Below, one piece after another: positions 20,369 to 29,102 of a DNA stretch of 64,000 nt. The stretch is taken from assembly GCA_025999395.1 (NCBI GenBank), contig AP024682.1, forward strand, positions 468,680 to 532,679, in the 5' to 3' direction. Below the pieces are notes generated by a model that saw nothing but the letters and a program-made list of their open reading frames with translations, searched no databases and was not told the origin of the DNA. The position numbers were made by a program, and so were the translations under genes. This DNA is from Candidatus Parcubacteria bacterium. Its GTDB lineage: Bacteria > Patescibacteriota > Minisyncoccia > UBA6257 > JAGOQP01. How positions within the stretch are numbered: position 1 is the first letter of the stretch; every line of letters begins with the position of its first letter.

Positions 20369-20394
20369 GATTAGCAAATTAAGAATTTAACTTG

Positions 20395-20468
20395 GGAGGC
20401 TAAGCGGATTTGAACCGCTGCTAACAGGGCCACAACCTGTTGTGCTACCGGGCTACACCATAGCCTCC
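20395..20468 (-). tRNA. tRNA-His (GTG) with encoded G-1
   Basis: Hand-folded cloverleaf: anticodon loop TTGTGGC, G-1 pairs with C73 (a His identity element), T-loop TTCAAAT. Confidence 0.8.
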
Positions 20469-20550
20469 ATCATTTTTTCTTGATTTTACGCTATTTATTG
20501 ATAAAATCAAGAAAGCACAACAAATTCGTTTCTAGTAAAAACAAATTTGA

Positions 20551-20623
20551 GCCCCCGTAGCTCAATGGATAGAGCAGGTCCCTTCTAAGGACAAGATGAG
20601 GGTTCGATTCCTTCCGGGGGCGC
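20551..20623 (+). tRNA. tRNA-Arg (TCT)
   Basis: GCCCCCG acceptor, D-arm GCTC/GAGC, anticodon loop CTTCTAA, T-loop TTCGATT. Confidence 0.75.
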
Positions 20624-20686
20624 TTTTTTTATTGATTTTTTTTCATTCAATTGATATCTTTAAAAAGTAATTGAAAACAAAAAATT

Positions 20687-20761
20687 GCCGCGGTAGCTCA
20701 GTGGTAGAGCGCATGCCTGAAGAGCATGGCGTCGGGGGTTCGATTCCCTCCCGCGGCACCA
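20687..20761 (+). tRNA. tRNA-Phe (GAA), CCA encoded
   Basis: GCCGCGG acceptor, anticodon stem CATGC/GCATG with loop CTGAAGA, T-loop TTCGATT, 3' CCA. Confidence 0.85.
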
Positions 20762-21352
20762 ATGACAAAAAAACAAAAAAATAAACTTGTTTTTATTTTT
20801 ATCACCGGAAATAAAAATAAAGTTCTTGAAGCTCGTCAAATTCTCAAGGATTTCGAAATAAAACAATGTACCCTCAATCTTCCCGAAATTCAAAGCTTAA
20901 AGGTAGAAGAAGTTGTTAAAGAAAAAGCAAAAGAAGCTTTCAAGATAGTTAAAAAACCAGTTCTGGTTGAAGACACTAGTCTTGAAATCAAAGCTTGGAA
21001 TAACTTTCCGGGAGCATTAATTAAGTTTCTTTTAGAAAGTGTTGGGGTGCAAGGAATTATAAAAATGCTTTCTGGAGAAAAAAATCGCTTTGCTGTTGCC
21101 AAAACAGCGCTTGGTTTATACGATGGAAAAAATTTAAAGGTTTTTGTTGGAAAGATTGAAGGAACTATTTCCAAAAAAGTCTCTGGTAAAAAAGGATTTG
21201 GCTGGGACTCAATTTTTATCCCCCAAGGATTAAAAAAAACTTTCGCTCAAATGAATTCCGAAGAAAAAAACTCTCTTTCTATGAGAAGAAAAGCTCTTGA
21301 AAAAATGGAAAGGTATTTAATTAAAGTAAAGAAAAACACTTTAAAAAATTAA
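20762..21352 (+). CDS. rdgB: non-canonical purine NTP pyrophosphatase (RdgB/Ham1 family)
   Basis: FITGNKNK, EDTSLEI..NNFPGAL, GFGWDSIFIP and SMRRKAL motifs; ATG immediately follows the tRNA-Phe CCA; the longer track ORF from 20726 would overlap the tRNA. Confidence 0.8.
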   Translation: MTKKQKNKLVFIFITGNKNKVLEARQILKDFEIKQCTLNLPEIQSLKVEEVVKEKAKEAFKIVKKPVLVEDTSLEIKAWNNFPGALIKFLLESVGVQGIIKMLSGEKNRFAVAKTALGLYDGKNLKVFVGKIEGTISKKVSGKKGFGWDSIFIPQGLKKTFAQMNSEEKNSLSMRRKALEKMERYLIKVKKNTLKN

Positions 21353-21397
21353 GAGATTGAAATTGTTTTCTTTTTTGATAAATTTATAAGAGCAATT

Positions 21398-21468
21398 CGG
21401 GCCGTAGTGTAATGGTAGCACGAGTCCTTTGGGAGGATTTAGTCCGAGTTCGAATCTCGGCGGCCCGA
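21398..21468 (+). tRNA. tRNA-Pro (TGG)
   Basis: CGGGCCG acceptor pairing with CGGCCCG, anticodon loop TTTGGGA, A73 discriminator. Confidence 0.75.
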
Positions 21469-21475
21469 CAAAAAT

Positions 21476-21502
21476 AAAAACCTTCATTGATGAAGGTTTT
21501 TT
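21476..21502. terminator. bidirectional terminator hairpin between convergent tRNA-Pro and tRNA-Ala
   Basis: AAAAA-CCTTCA-TTGA-TGAAGG-TTTTTT. Confidence 0.6.
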
Positions 21503-21509
21503 AATTATG

Positions 21510-21583
21510 TGGACCCGATCGGGCTCGAACCGACGACCTCCTCGATGCCATCGAGGCGCTCTAGCCAACTGAGCTACGGGCCC
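21510..21583 (-). tRNA. tRNA-Ala (GGC)
   Basis: GGGCCCG acceptor with a G3:U70 wobble (the Ala identity element), anticodon loop ATGGCAT, T-loop TTCGAGC. Confidence 0.75.
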
Positions 21584-21679
21584 TTTTGAAAATTTAAGAA
21601 AATTTGATTTTACTAAAATAAATAATACAATAAGAGAAAATCAATTTCAACACAAAAAAGATAATCGGATTTTTTAAGA

Positions 21680-21754
21680 GCCCCCGTAGTTCAACGGATA
21701 GAACAGATCCGTCCTAAGGATAAAATGGAAGTTCGATTCTTCCCGGGGGCACCA
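21680..21754 (+). tRNA. tRNA-Arg (CCT), CCA encoded
   Basis: Close paralog of the Arg-TCT gene; anticodon loop GTCCTAA; 3' CCA. Confidence 0.75.
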
Positions 21755-21758
21755 AAAA

Positions 21759-21846
21759 GGAGGGTTGGCAGAGTGGTCGAATGCGCCGCACTCGAAATGC
21801 GGTTGGGGACAAAATCCCCTCAGAGGTTCGAATCCTCTACCCTCCG
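21759..21846 (+). tRNA. tRNA-Ser (CGA), class II with long variable arm
   Basis: GGAGGGT acceptor, anticodon stem CCGCA/TGCGG with loop CTCGAAA, variable arm GGGGACAAAATCCCC, G73. Confidence 0.8.
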
Positions 21847-21929
21847 CTGATTTTAAGCCTAAAAAGAAGCCTTTTAAAAAACATTATGTTATACTTTTAT
21901 TAATTGAATTTTGTTTTAAACTTTTCACT

Positions 21930-22544
21930 ATGAATACAGAAGTAAACACTCAGTGGGAAGAGAAAAATAAAAATATTACCAGAGCTACTCTTAGTCAGCG
22001 GCCGGAAGTAAATTTGGAAATTACCAAAACAAAAGCTCTTCAAGAAATTAAAAGAAGAACTCCTTGGATCTTTTTAAGCGTGCTTGCTGGGATCGCGATG
22101 ATTTGGATAAGCCAATCTTATGAACAAATGTTTTTGAAAAAGATGGAATTAGTCTTTTTTATCCCAATGATTGTTTACATTAGCGATAGCATTGGAACTG
22201 AAACCTTGGCTCTTTTTATCAGAGAATTAGCTCTTAAGAGAGTCAGTATAAAAAAATTAGCCTTAAAAGAAATTCTTGTTGGTCTTTCTTTAGGAATAAT
22301 GAGCGGGATCCCAATGGGATTGTTTAGCTATTTTAGATTTCATGACTTAAAGCTATCAACAGCGGTATCGACGGCAATGATTATTAATGGTGTTATTGCG
22401 GTCTTTCTGGGTATTGCTATCCCCTTTATTTTTTTCAAGTTAAAAAAAGATCCCGCTCTAGGAACTGATGAAATTACTACCATTATTTCCGATAACCTTA
22501 GCTTACTGGTTTATTTAATAACCTCAACAATTATTATTTTTTAA
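21930..22544 (+). CDS. MgtE-family divalent cation transporter, membrane domain only (204 aa)
   Basis: FIPMIVYISDSIGTETLALFIRELA resembles the MgtE transmembrane core; start chosen downstream of tRNA-Ser; no room for the N-terminal or CBS domains. Confidence 0.6.
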   Translation: MNTEVNTQWEEKNKNITRATLSQRPEVNLEITKTKALQEIKRRTPWIFLSVLAGIAMIWISQSYEQMFLKKMELVFFIPMIVYISDSIGTETLALFIRELALKRVSIKKLALKEILVGLSLGIMSGIPMGLFSYFRFHDLKLSTAVSTAMIINGVIAVFLGIAIPFIFFKLKKDPALGTDEITTIISDNLSLLVYLITSTIIIF

Positions 22545-22553
22545 ATAAAAATT

Positions 22554-23543
22554 ATGACAATATCCGAAAAAAGGACAGTTCAAATAATAAAAAAGGTGTT
22601 GCCGGCAGTAGTTTCAATTTCTGTTTTTAAAAACCAAGATAAAAGATTAGATTCAAGAATAAGCTTTTCTCAAAAACCAAAGGACGCTCTTCAAGAAGGA
22701 GGTTCAGGATTTTTTGTAGATAATAAAGGAACAATTGTCACCGCTTTGCATGTAATTTCTTCCAATCCAGAGACTGAATACCAAATCACTACCTTTAACA
22801 ACAAAGTTTATAAGGCAAAAAAAATAGGGGTTAGTTTTGTTAATGATGTGGCTTTCTTAAAAATAGAGCCAAATGTTAAAACGCCTTTTATTCCTTTGGG
22901 AAATTCTTCTAGCCTTCAACTTGGTCAAGAAGTTTTTGCGATTGGCAATGTTTTGGGAATTTTTCAAAACACCGTTTCTAAAGGAATTATTTCTGGTCTT
23001 TCACGATCAATTATTGCCAAAAATCAAGAAATGGAAGAAGATCTTCATGGTTTAATTCAAACAGATGCAGCGATTAATCCCGGAAATTCCGGAGGGCCAC
23101 TAATTGACAGCCAAGGAAAAGTAATCGGCATTAATTCTGCTAGTGTGGCTTATGCAGAAAACATTGGTTTCGCAATTCCCATAAATAGCATCAAAAAAGA
23201 ACTTGAAAAGATTCACCGTTTTGGATCTCTTAAAATTCCTTTTTTAGGAGTGCGCTATATCTTGATTAATAAAAAAATCCAAGAAATTTTCAAAATGCCA
23301 GTAAGTCAAGGAGCTTTGGTGGCTAGCCCTAATCCTAAAATTAAGCCAGCGGTTATTCCAAGAAGCCCGGCAGAGAAAGGAGGAATTAAGGAAGGTGATA
23401 TAATTTTAGAAATCAATAATCTAGCAATTACTCCTCAAAACAAGATAGAGGAAATTTTAGAAAAAACTAGTCAAAAAGAAATCCTTAAAATAAAACTCTT
23501 AAGAAAAGGAAAAATAAAAATTCTTCAAATAAAATTAGATTAA
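22554..23543 (+). CDS. htrA: HtrA/DegP-family trypsin-like serine protease with C-terminal PDZ domain
   Basis: GSGFFVD..TALHVI (His), GNSGGPL (Ser) and a PDZ-like C-terminal region. Confidence 0.85.
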   Translation: MTISEKRTVQIIKKVLPAVVSISVFKNQDKRLDSRISFSQKPKDALQEGGSGFFVDNKGTIVTALHVISSNPETEYQITTFNNKVYKAKKIGVSFVNDVAFLKIEPNVKTPFIPLGNSSSLQLGQEVFAIGNVLGIFQNTVSKGIISGLSRSIIAKNQEMEEDLHGLIQTDAAINPGNSGGPLIDSQGKVIGINSASVAYAENIGFAIPINSIKKELEKIHRFGSLKIPFLGVRYILINKKIQEIFKMPVSQGALVASPNPKIKPAVIPRSPAEKGGIKEGDIILEINNLAITPQNKIEEILEKTSQKEILKIKLLRKGKIKILQIKLD

Positions 23544-23566
23544 CCCTTCCTATCCTTTATCAAAAG

Positions 23567-25087
23567 TTACTGACGATTAGTATAAAAAGTAACCTGAAAG
23601 CTAACCAGATTACTCTCTAAAGGAGTAAGGCTGGCTAAAGGCAAATCGACTTTGCTTAAACCATTTATTTTCTCTAAGGACTTCTTAAACTCTACCGCTT
23701 CAGATTCAGAGGAAGCACGAGCATTAACAATAATAGGCACATCTGGAGATTGAATAAGAATTCTTTCAATTGTTATTTTATTTTCAGATGCTTTTTGATA
23801 AAGCTCTTCAATTAACCAAGCCCAGCGAGTTTGTTGAGATTTAACTGTAAGCGCTTTTTCCACCTTAAGATTAAAATCATTAGCTTCATTCTTTAGAGAA
23901 TTAAAATAAGCAGTGTTATAAGAAGAAGAAATATTAGATAAATCATTAGTTAAACTTTTAATAAAAAGGTTTAAGAAGATAAAAATCCCCAAGAAAGCCG
24001 TTAAAATCACTGATAAAGAAACGATTAAAATATTTCTCCACAAGCGAACAAAAGAAAGAACTTGGGAATGAAAAAATTGAATTTCAGTTCCCTCAGGAGC
24101 AAGGCTAATTTCTGTATCTTGAGAACGCGGAATTAAACCTCTTAAAGCCGCCCCTAATGCACAAGCAAAAGAAAGCTCTAAGGGATAACTTTTTATCTGA
24201 AACGGGAGAATTTGTAAGCTGAAATTATCCTTTAAAATTCCGCTAACCTCTTTTTCCAATCCGGGAGCAATTAAATAAACATTTTTAATATCCCTACTAA
24301 AGCGACTGGAATAAAAATTAATTACTCTATGAGTCTCCTGAATAACAAGATTTCGAAAATCAGCAAAAGAAATTTCTCTTTCCAAGCTATAATTACTTGC
24401 TACCGTGCTCCAAGAAGAAAAATGATTAAAGTAAAGAGAGTGTTTGTGAACAATAGAAAAGCTTAAACCATCACTATCAATATAAAGAACAAAAAAATCT
24501 TCTTCTCCCAAAGTATTTTTCTCTTCAAAATTAATTAAACGGATAATAGACATTGCCTTTTGTTCAATCGCCAAAGGCAAGAAATTGGCTTGAACAAGTT
24601 GATGATAAAAACTATCTACAATCTCCTTAGAAATGAAAGAGGAGAGAATTTCTATTTCATAATTAGAATTGGAGTGCAAACTTTCTACTTTTTGCCAATC
24701 AGAATAGGCTCGAGAAAAATCAAGAGGAGAAATAACCTGTAAATTAAGACGAACCGCTTCTTCCAAGTTTGCATCTTTTAAAAGAGGAAGAGAAAAAAGC
24801 TGGGTATAAACATTAGCATCAGAAAGAGAGACGATTACAGGAATTTTTTCTGATTCCTTTGAAGTAATTTGATGATGTAAGCTTTTGAGAGAATTGAAAA
24901 ATTCTTTGGGGTTAATCAGTTTTCCCTCTTCGATAACACCCACAGGAAACTTTAAAGAAAACTTTTGAAGTTGTCCTCTTTTTTCCCCGAAAGAAAAAAA
25001 AGTCAACCCGCTATCACTAATCACCAAACCGCCAATTTCTAAGTAGGGTTTTAAGAAGCGAAAAACTTTTTTTAAAAAAACACTCAT
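23567..25087 (-). CDS. pilM: type IV pilus assembly protein, PilM-like actin-fold ATPase fused to a PilN-like TM/periplasmic region
   Basis: PilM-like N-terminal 340 aa, TM helix ILIVSLSVILTAFLGIFIFLNLFI, about 130-aa C-terminal domain; heads the pilus locus. Confidence 0.6.
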   Translation of the reverse strand: MSVFLKKVFRFLKPYLEIGGLVISDSGLTFFSFGEKRGQLQKFSLKFPVGVIEEGKLINPKEFFNSLKSLHHQITSKESEKIPVIVSLSDANVYTQLFSLPLLKDANLEEAVRLNLQVISPLDFSRAYSDWQKVESLHSNSNYEIEILSSFISKEIVDSFYHQLVQANFLPLAIEQKAMSIIRLINFEEKNTLGEEDFFVLYIDSDGLSFSIVHKHSLYFNHFSSWSTVASNYSLEREISFADFRNLVIQETHRVINFYSSRFSRDIKNVYLIAPGLEKEVSGILKDNFSLQILPFQIKSYPLELSFACALGAALRGLIPRSQDTEISLAPEGTEIQFFHSQVLSFVRLWRNILIVSLSVILTAFLGIFIFLNLFIKSLTNDLSNISSSYNTAYFNSLKNEANDFNLKVEKALTVKSQQTRWAWLIEELYQKASENKITIERILIQSPDVPIIVNARASSESEAVEFKKSLEKINGLSKVDLPLASLTPLESNLVSFQVTFYTNRQ

Positions 25088-25118
25088 AAATTAGATTGGT
25101 ATCTCTTACTACAAACTT

Positions 25119-25616
25119 TTACTGAGCGGTGATTTCTTCAATCGACTCTAAAATTACTTGACCACTTAAAGGATGAAGATAAACTCGAGCTTTGTATTTT
25201 TTGTTTTTATTTAAAAAAGTTGCCAAAGAAACCACTTCGTATCTATCTGTCAAAGACGGCGTCCCACAACTTGTTCCCCCCAAATAAGTTAAATTTTTAC
25301 AAACCGTTATTTGAACAGGAATACTGGAGATATTTAAGTTATAAGAAGTACTTGAAGAAAAGTCATTGTGAATAATTCTTCTTAAAGCGTCGTTAATTCC
25401 CGAAAAAGCAGCAAAATTAACTAAATTTAAAATTCTTACTCCCAACCCTCCCTGACTAGCAAGATAAGAAATAAGAAGAGCAGCCAAAGCTATCTCAAAA
25501 ACAACCATTCCCACAATTAAAATCGAAGAAACAGCCAACGCCCCGCTCTGATTTTTTTTGTCAAGGAAATTAACTTTAACAACTTCTAATAAACTCACTT
25601 TTAAATTATAGCACAA
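25119..25616 (-). CDS. hypothetical membrane protein in pilus locus (possible PilO or minor pilin-like)
   Basis: One N-terminal TM helix; sits between pilM/N and the pilin genes. Confidence 0.4.
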   Translation of the reverse strand: MCYNLKVSLLEVVKVNFLDKKNQSGALAVSSILIVGMVVFEIALAALLISYLASQGGLGVRILNLVNFAAFSGINDALRRIIHNDFSSSTSYNLNISSIPVQITVCKNLTYLGGTSCGTPSLTDRYEVVSLATFLNKNKKYKARVYLHPLSGQVILESIEEITAQ

Positions 25617-25647
25617 GCAACAATTTTCAAAAAATTACTTTTAAAAA

Positions 25648-26127
25648 TTAAGGGTTGGTTGTTGTATTTTGATTAACAGAAGAACTAGAATCTAAGCTGC
25701 TGTTATTTGAAAAATTTTCAGGATAACTAGAGGAATTAGGATTGGAAATATTAACATTAGGATTTGATAAATTAGAGCTTTTACCAGAAACTAAAGAAAA
25801 AATCTGACTAGTAGGAGAAATTTTAGCTATCCAAACAACTTGATCTTTATTTATTTTGATTTTATCTTCTGGACCCCAAACTGATTGGTCAAAACGGCTA
25901 ATAGAAACCTCTCCTTGAGAATTAGTTCTTAGATACCAAACGTTTGAAAGACTAAGATAAGGAAATCGAGATAATTTTCCAAAATAAATGTCCCCTGTTT
26001 TTAGATAAACCGCATAATAATCATCAAAATCAAATTTGGAAAAATAAAAAAATAAAAAGACTGAAGTTAACAAAATTAAAAAAACTATTAAAAAAAACCC
26101 GATTAGAAAAACATTTCTTTTGATCAT
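25648..26127 (-). CDS. hypothetical membrane protein with N/S-rich C-terminal tail
   Basis: N-terminal TM helix, low-complexity NSS tail; pilus-locus context. Confidence 0.4.
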   Translation of the reverse strand: MIKRNVFLIGFFLIVFLILLTSVFLFFYFSKFDFDDYYAVYLKTGDIYFGKLSRFPYLSLSNVWYLRTNSQGEVSISRFDQSVWGPEDKIKINKDQVVWIAKISPTSQIFSLVSGKSSNLSNPNVNISNPNSSSYPENFSNNSSLDSSSSVNQNTTTNP

Positions 26128-26223
26128 ATTTCTTAAAAGTTAATAATAAAAAACAAACATCTAAATAATAATACATCAATAATAATACATCAAAACAGAA
26201 AAATCCATTAAATTTTAAATAAA

Positions 26224-27840
26224 TTAAGGAGACCAGTTAACTACAATTCCATCAACAGTGGGGCTTAAAGTATATCCTGAATCTGGAGAAAGAATAATTT
26301 TATATCGAAAATATCGATGATTATTATGATACTTTAAATTAATTTGAACAGGGATATTTGAATTATTAGGAGTATAATAAGTAGAACCAGAACCATCTGG
26401 ACCAAGATAATTCCAAGGGCCAGTAGAAGAATTAGAAGAAGCAATCTGAAATTTAACATTGGTGCCAGCGGGTTTTGTTCCTCTCCACATCAAAGAGTTA
26501 AAAGCTGCTCCTCCGTTTACTTGAGTATCGAAAGTAGAAGAGTACAAAATTCCATCAGAGCTTTTGTTGGTTATTTGTAAGGAAGAGCCGGCGCTAATAT
26601 TGCTTGCGGAAGAGTATTTATTATTTACTTCTGTAATAGGACCTTCTTGGCCACTTCCTCCCGACCAATCTTTTTGCCAAAAAACAAGATTTCTTTTTGA
26701 CCGAGTTAAATAAAAACTAATTTCATTCTTTCTTCCATTAGTCCAAACAACGGCACTAGTTATTTTTTGAGTCGAAGGATCATCATTATTTGAATTATAA
26801 GTTGACTCAATAACGCCATTTGTATCTCGAGAAACATTATCGACATAAAAATAACGATAATAAATCGAACTTTGATAAAGTTGTTTTATTTCATCAGAAG
26901 ATAAAACCCGATTATAAATACGGGCTTCATCAACAATACCAAAAGACATATAAGGACTACCACCACCAATCCTATAATCAGCAGTTCCATAATCTCTTAA
27001 AGGTTTTGTAATAGATGCTGTAGAACCAACTTGAGAACCATTAAGATAAAGTTTAAATTGATTATTAACTTCATCAACTGTCATCACTATATGATACCAA
27101 TTACCAACTGCTAAATTTTTACCACTGTAAATAACAGTATTGGTATTATCATAATAATAAATGACTGCTCTCAACTCTCCTGTTGATAAAGTATAAAACA
27201 AACCCAAATGATAGCCAGCTCTTAAAAAGATATATCCATCATACCCATTTTTAGGTAGTCCAGAAGGTTTAAACCAAACAGCAAAAGAAAAATTCCGACC
27301 ATCATCAGTTAAATCTTGTAAAGTAGAAGAATTGCCAGGAATAGAAACATAGTCATCTATTCCATCTAAACTTAGCCCCCTTCCGGCATAAGCAGTAGTT
27401 CTTAAAGGACTATTGATAAGAGTGCCATTGTTTCCATATCCAGAAAAGTCATAAGCAGTATTTCCTGATATTTCATCAAGTTTCCAATAACCAACAAGAC
27501 CAGCATTTATATCATTAGCCAAAACACTCTCCTGACCAGAAACAGCTGAAGTTAAAGAAGAACTAGAAACTAAATAAAATTGATTAGTTGACCCTTTGGC
27601 TAAATCATAGATGTTATGCCAGTTAGATTCAGCAAAGGAACTTATTTTATTTGAAAGTTCAGAAACTAAATTAGTAGCAATCTGATTTCCTCTTGATTCA
27701 AAGTTATTTCTAACAACACTTAAAATAGCAGCTGTTGCTGCTGCTAAAAGCAAACTTAAAACAGCCAGTGAAATTAAAATTTCTGCCAGCAGTTGCCCTT
27801 TTTCACAAGAAAATTTTTTTCTCAAAAAATCTCTTTTCAT
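26224..27840 (-). CDS. large type IV pilin-like protein with LamG (concanavalin A-like lectin) domain, 538 aa
   Basis: Class III prepilin-like N-terminus KGQLLAEILISLAVLSLLL (E at +5), LamG hallmarks GLVGYWKLDE.. and LSLDGIDDYVSIPG..ARIYNRVLSSDEIKQLY. Confidence 0.7.
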   Translation of the reverse strand: MKRDFLRKKFSCEKGQLLAEILISLAVLSLLLAAATAAILSVVRNNFESRGNQIATNLVSELSNKISSFAESNWHNIYDLAKGSTNQFYLVSSSSLTSAVSGQESVLANDINAGLVGYWKLDEISGNTAYDFSGYGNNGTLINSPLRTTAYAGRGLSLDGIDDYVSIPGNSSTLQDLTDDGRNFSFAVWFKPSGLPKNGYDGYIFLRAGYHLGLFYTLSTGELRAVIYYYDNTNTVIYSGKNLAVGNWYHIVMTVDEVNNQFKLYLNGSQVGSTASITKPLRDYGTADYRIGGGSPYMSFGIVDEARIYNRVLSSDEIKQLYQSSIYYRYFYVDNVSRDTNGVIESTYNSNNDDPSTQKITSAVVWTNGRKNEISFYLTRSKRNLVFWQKDWSGGSGQEGPITEVNNKYSSASNISAGSSLQITNKSSDGILYSSTFDTQVNGGAAFNSLMWRGTKPAGTNVKFQIASSNSSTGPWNYLGPDGSGSTYYTPNNSNIPVQINLKYHNNHRYFRYKIILSPDSGYTLSPTVDGIVVNWSP

Positions 27841-27851
27841 TTTAAAAAAAA

Positions 27852-29081
27852 TTAATAACTTTCATAAAGCTTTTTTATCTCATCTTCTGATAAGGCTCTG
27901 CTATAAATCCTAACCTCATCAACCAACCCATTAAAATGATCTGTTCCCACAGCTGATCCTTCTCTGTGAGCAATATGAATGGAACCAGTATCATTGTATA
28001 TGGAGCCGGTAGAAGTAGCTAAACCTTGAAAACTACCATCGACATAAATTTTTCTTTCTCCGGTTAAACTATCATAAGTACCAACAAAATGATGCCAATT
28101 TTGAGGATCATTAACAGTATAGCAAGGATTATACTGCCAAGTAGTAGTATAAATAATAAAACACATATTTTTACCTCCAGAAGCATTCGTTCCTAAAATA
28201 TAAGCCGAATACTTACTTACAATCTGATAAACTCCACTGTAACCAGTTGTCAAATTAGACTTAACCCAAGCAGAAACAGTAATAGCATTATTAGGATTTA
28301 TACTAGAAATATTTAAATAGTCATCAGTGCCATCAAAATTTAACGCCCCCCCTACTCTTCCTGAAAGACCGTTGTTCCATGCTTGACTAGTAGTTGTTTG
28401 AGTACCACTTGCTCCAACACTTAACAATCCATCTTTACTATAACCAGAAGCATCATAAGCATAACTACCGCTTGACTCATCCATTGGCCAGTAACCTACT
28501 AAACCCGATTCTTGCAAACTTCTTATTTGACCACTACTGCTAATAAAAATAGAATAAACATTATCTTTATTTTTTTGTTTTAAAGAAACTACCTGGGCAG
28601 CTGTTGGCTTTCCGGAAATTGCTGAAAAAGAAATAGTTTTGCTAAAACCAGGAGCTGGATTGGTTAATTCAGAAGCATAACTTAAAGAACCTCTTAAAAC
28701 TACAGAAGAAGTCGAATAACTAGGATCAGGAAAAATTTCGAAATAATCATCGGTAGAAGTACTATTAGTAAAACGAATACTCCAGCTACTTTTATTTTCC
28801 TGACTAATAGAACGTTGTTGAGTATTTCTAATAGATTCAACTACCTTCTCTACATCCAAATCAAAATTGCGTTTACTTTTATAAGAAGAAAAATTCACTA
28901 TTCCTATAGTTGCTAAAATCGCAATCAGACTAATGACAATAATTAATTCATAAAGAGTAAAAGCTTTTTCTTTCTTTATTAACTTTATTAAAAAACTAAT
29001 TTTGTTTTTAAAATTATAGAATTTAGTTAACCTATCTTTAATATTTCTTTCCATAAAAATAAAATCTAAAATTATTCTCAA
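27852..29081 (-). CDS. large type IV pilin-like protein with LamG domain, 409 aa (tandem paralog)
   Basis: KAFTLYELIIVISLIAILA prepilin-like helix; GLVGYWPMDE.., LNFDGTDDYLNIS, VRIYSRALSEDEIKKLY. Confidence 0.7.
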   Translation of the reverse strand: MRIILDFIFMERNIKDRLTKFYNFKNKISFLIKLIKKEKAFTLYELIIVISLIAILATIGIVNFSSYKSKRNFDLDVEKVVESIRNTQQRSISQENKSSWSIRFTNSTSTDDYFEIFPDPSYSTSSVVLRGSLSYASELTNPAPGFSKTISFSAISGKPTAAQVVSLKQKNKDNVYSIFISSSGQIRSLQESGLVGYWPMDESSGSYAYDASGYSKDGLLSVGASGTQTTTSQAWNNGLSGRVGGALNFDGTDDYLNISSINPNNAITVSAWVKSNLTTGYSGVYQIVSKYSAYILGTNASGGKNMCFIIYTTTWQYNPCYTVNDPQNWHHFVGTYDSLTGERKIYVDGSFQGLATSTGSIYNDTGSIHIAHREGSAVGTDHFNGLVDEVRIYSRALSEDEIKKLYESY

Positions 29082-29102
29082 CTATTTTTAACTTAATAAA
29101 AA

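Noticed and set aside
20660-21568. Track ORFs 20660-20893(-), 20890-21174(-), 21341-21568(-) and the N-terminal extensions of ORFs 20726 and 21765
   Set aside because: They overlap tRNA genes or lie antisense to rdgB; the plausible CDS starts are just downstream of the tRNAs (20762 and 21930).
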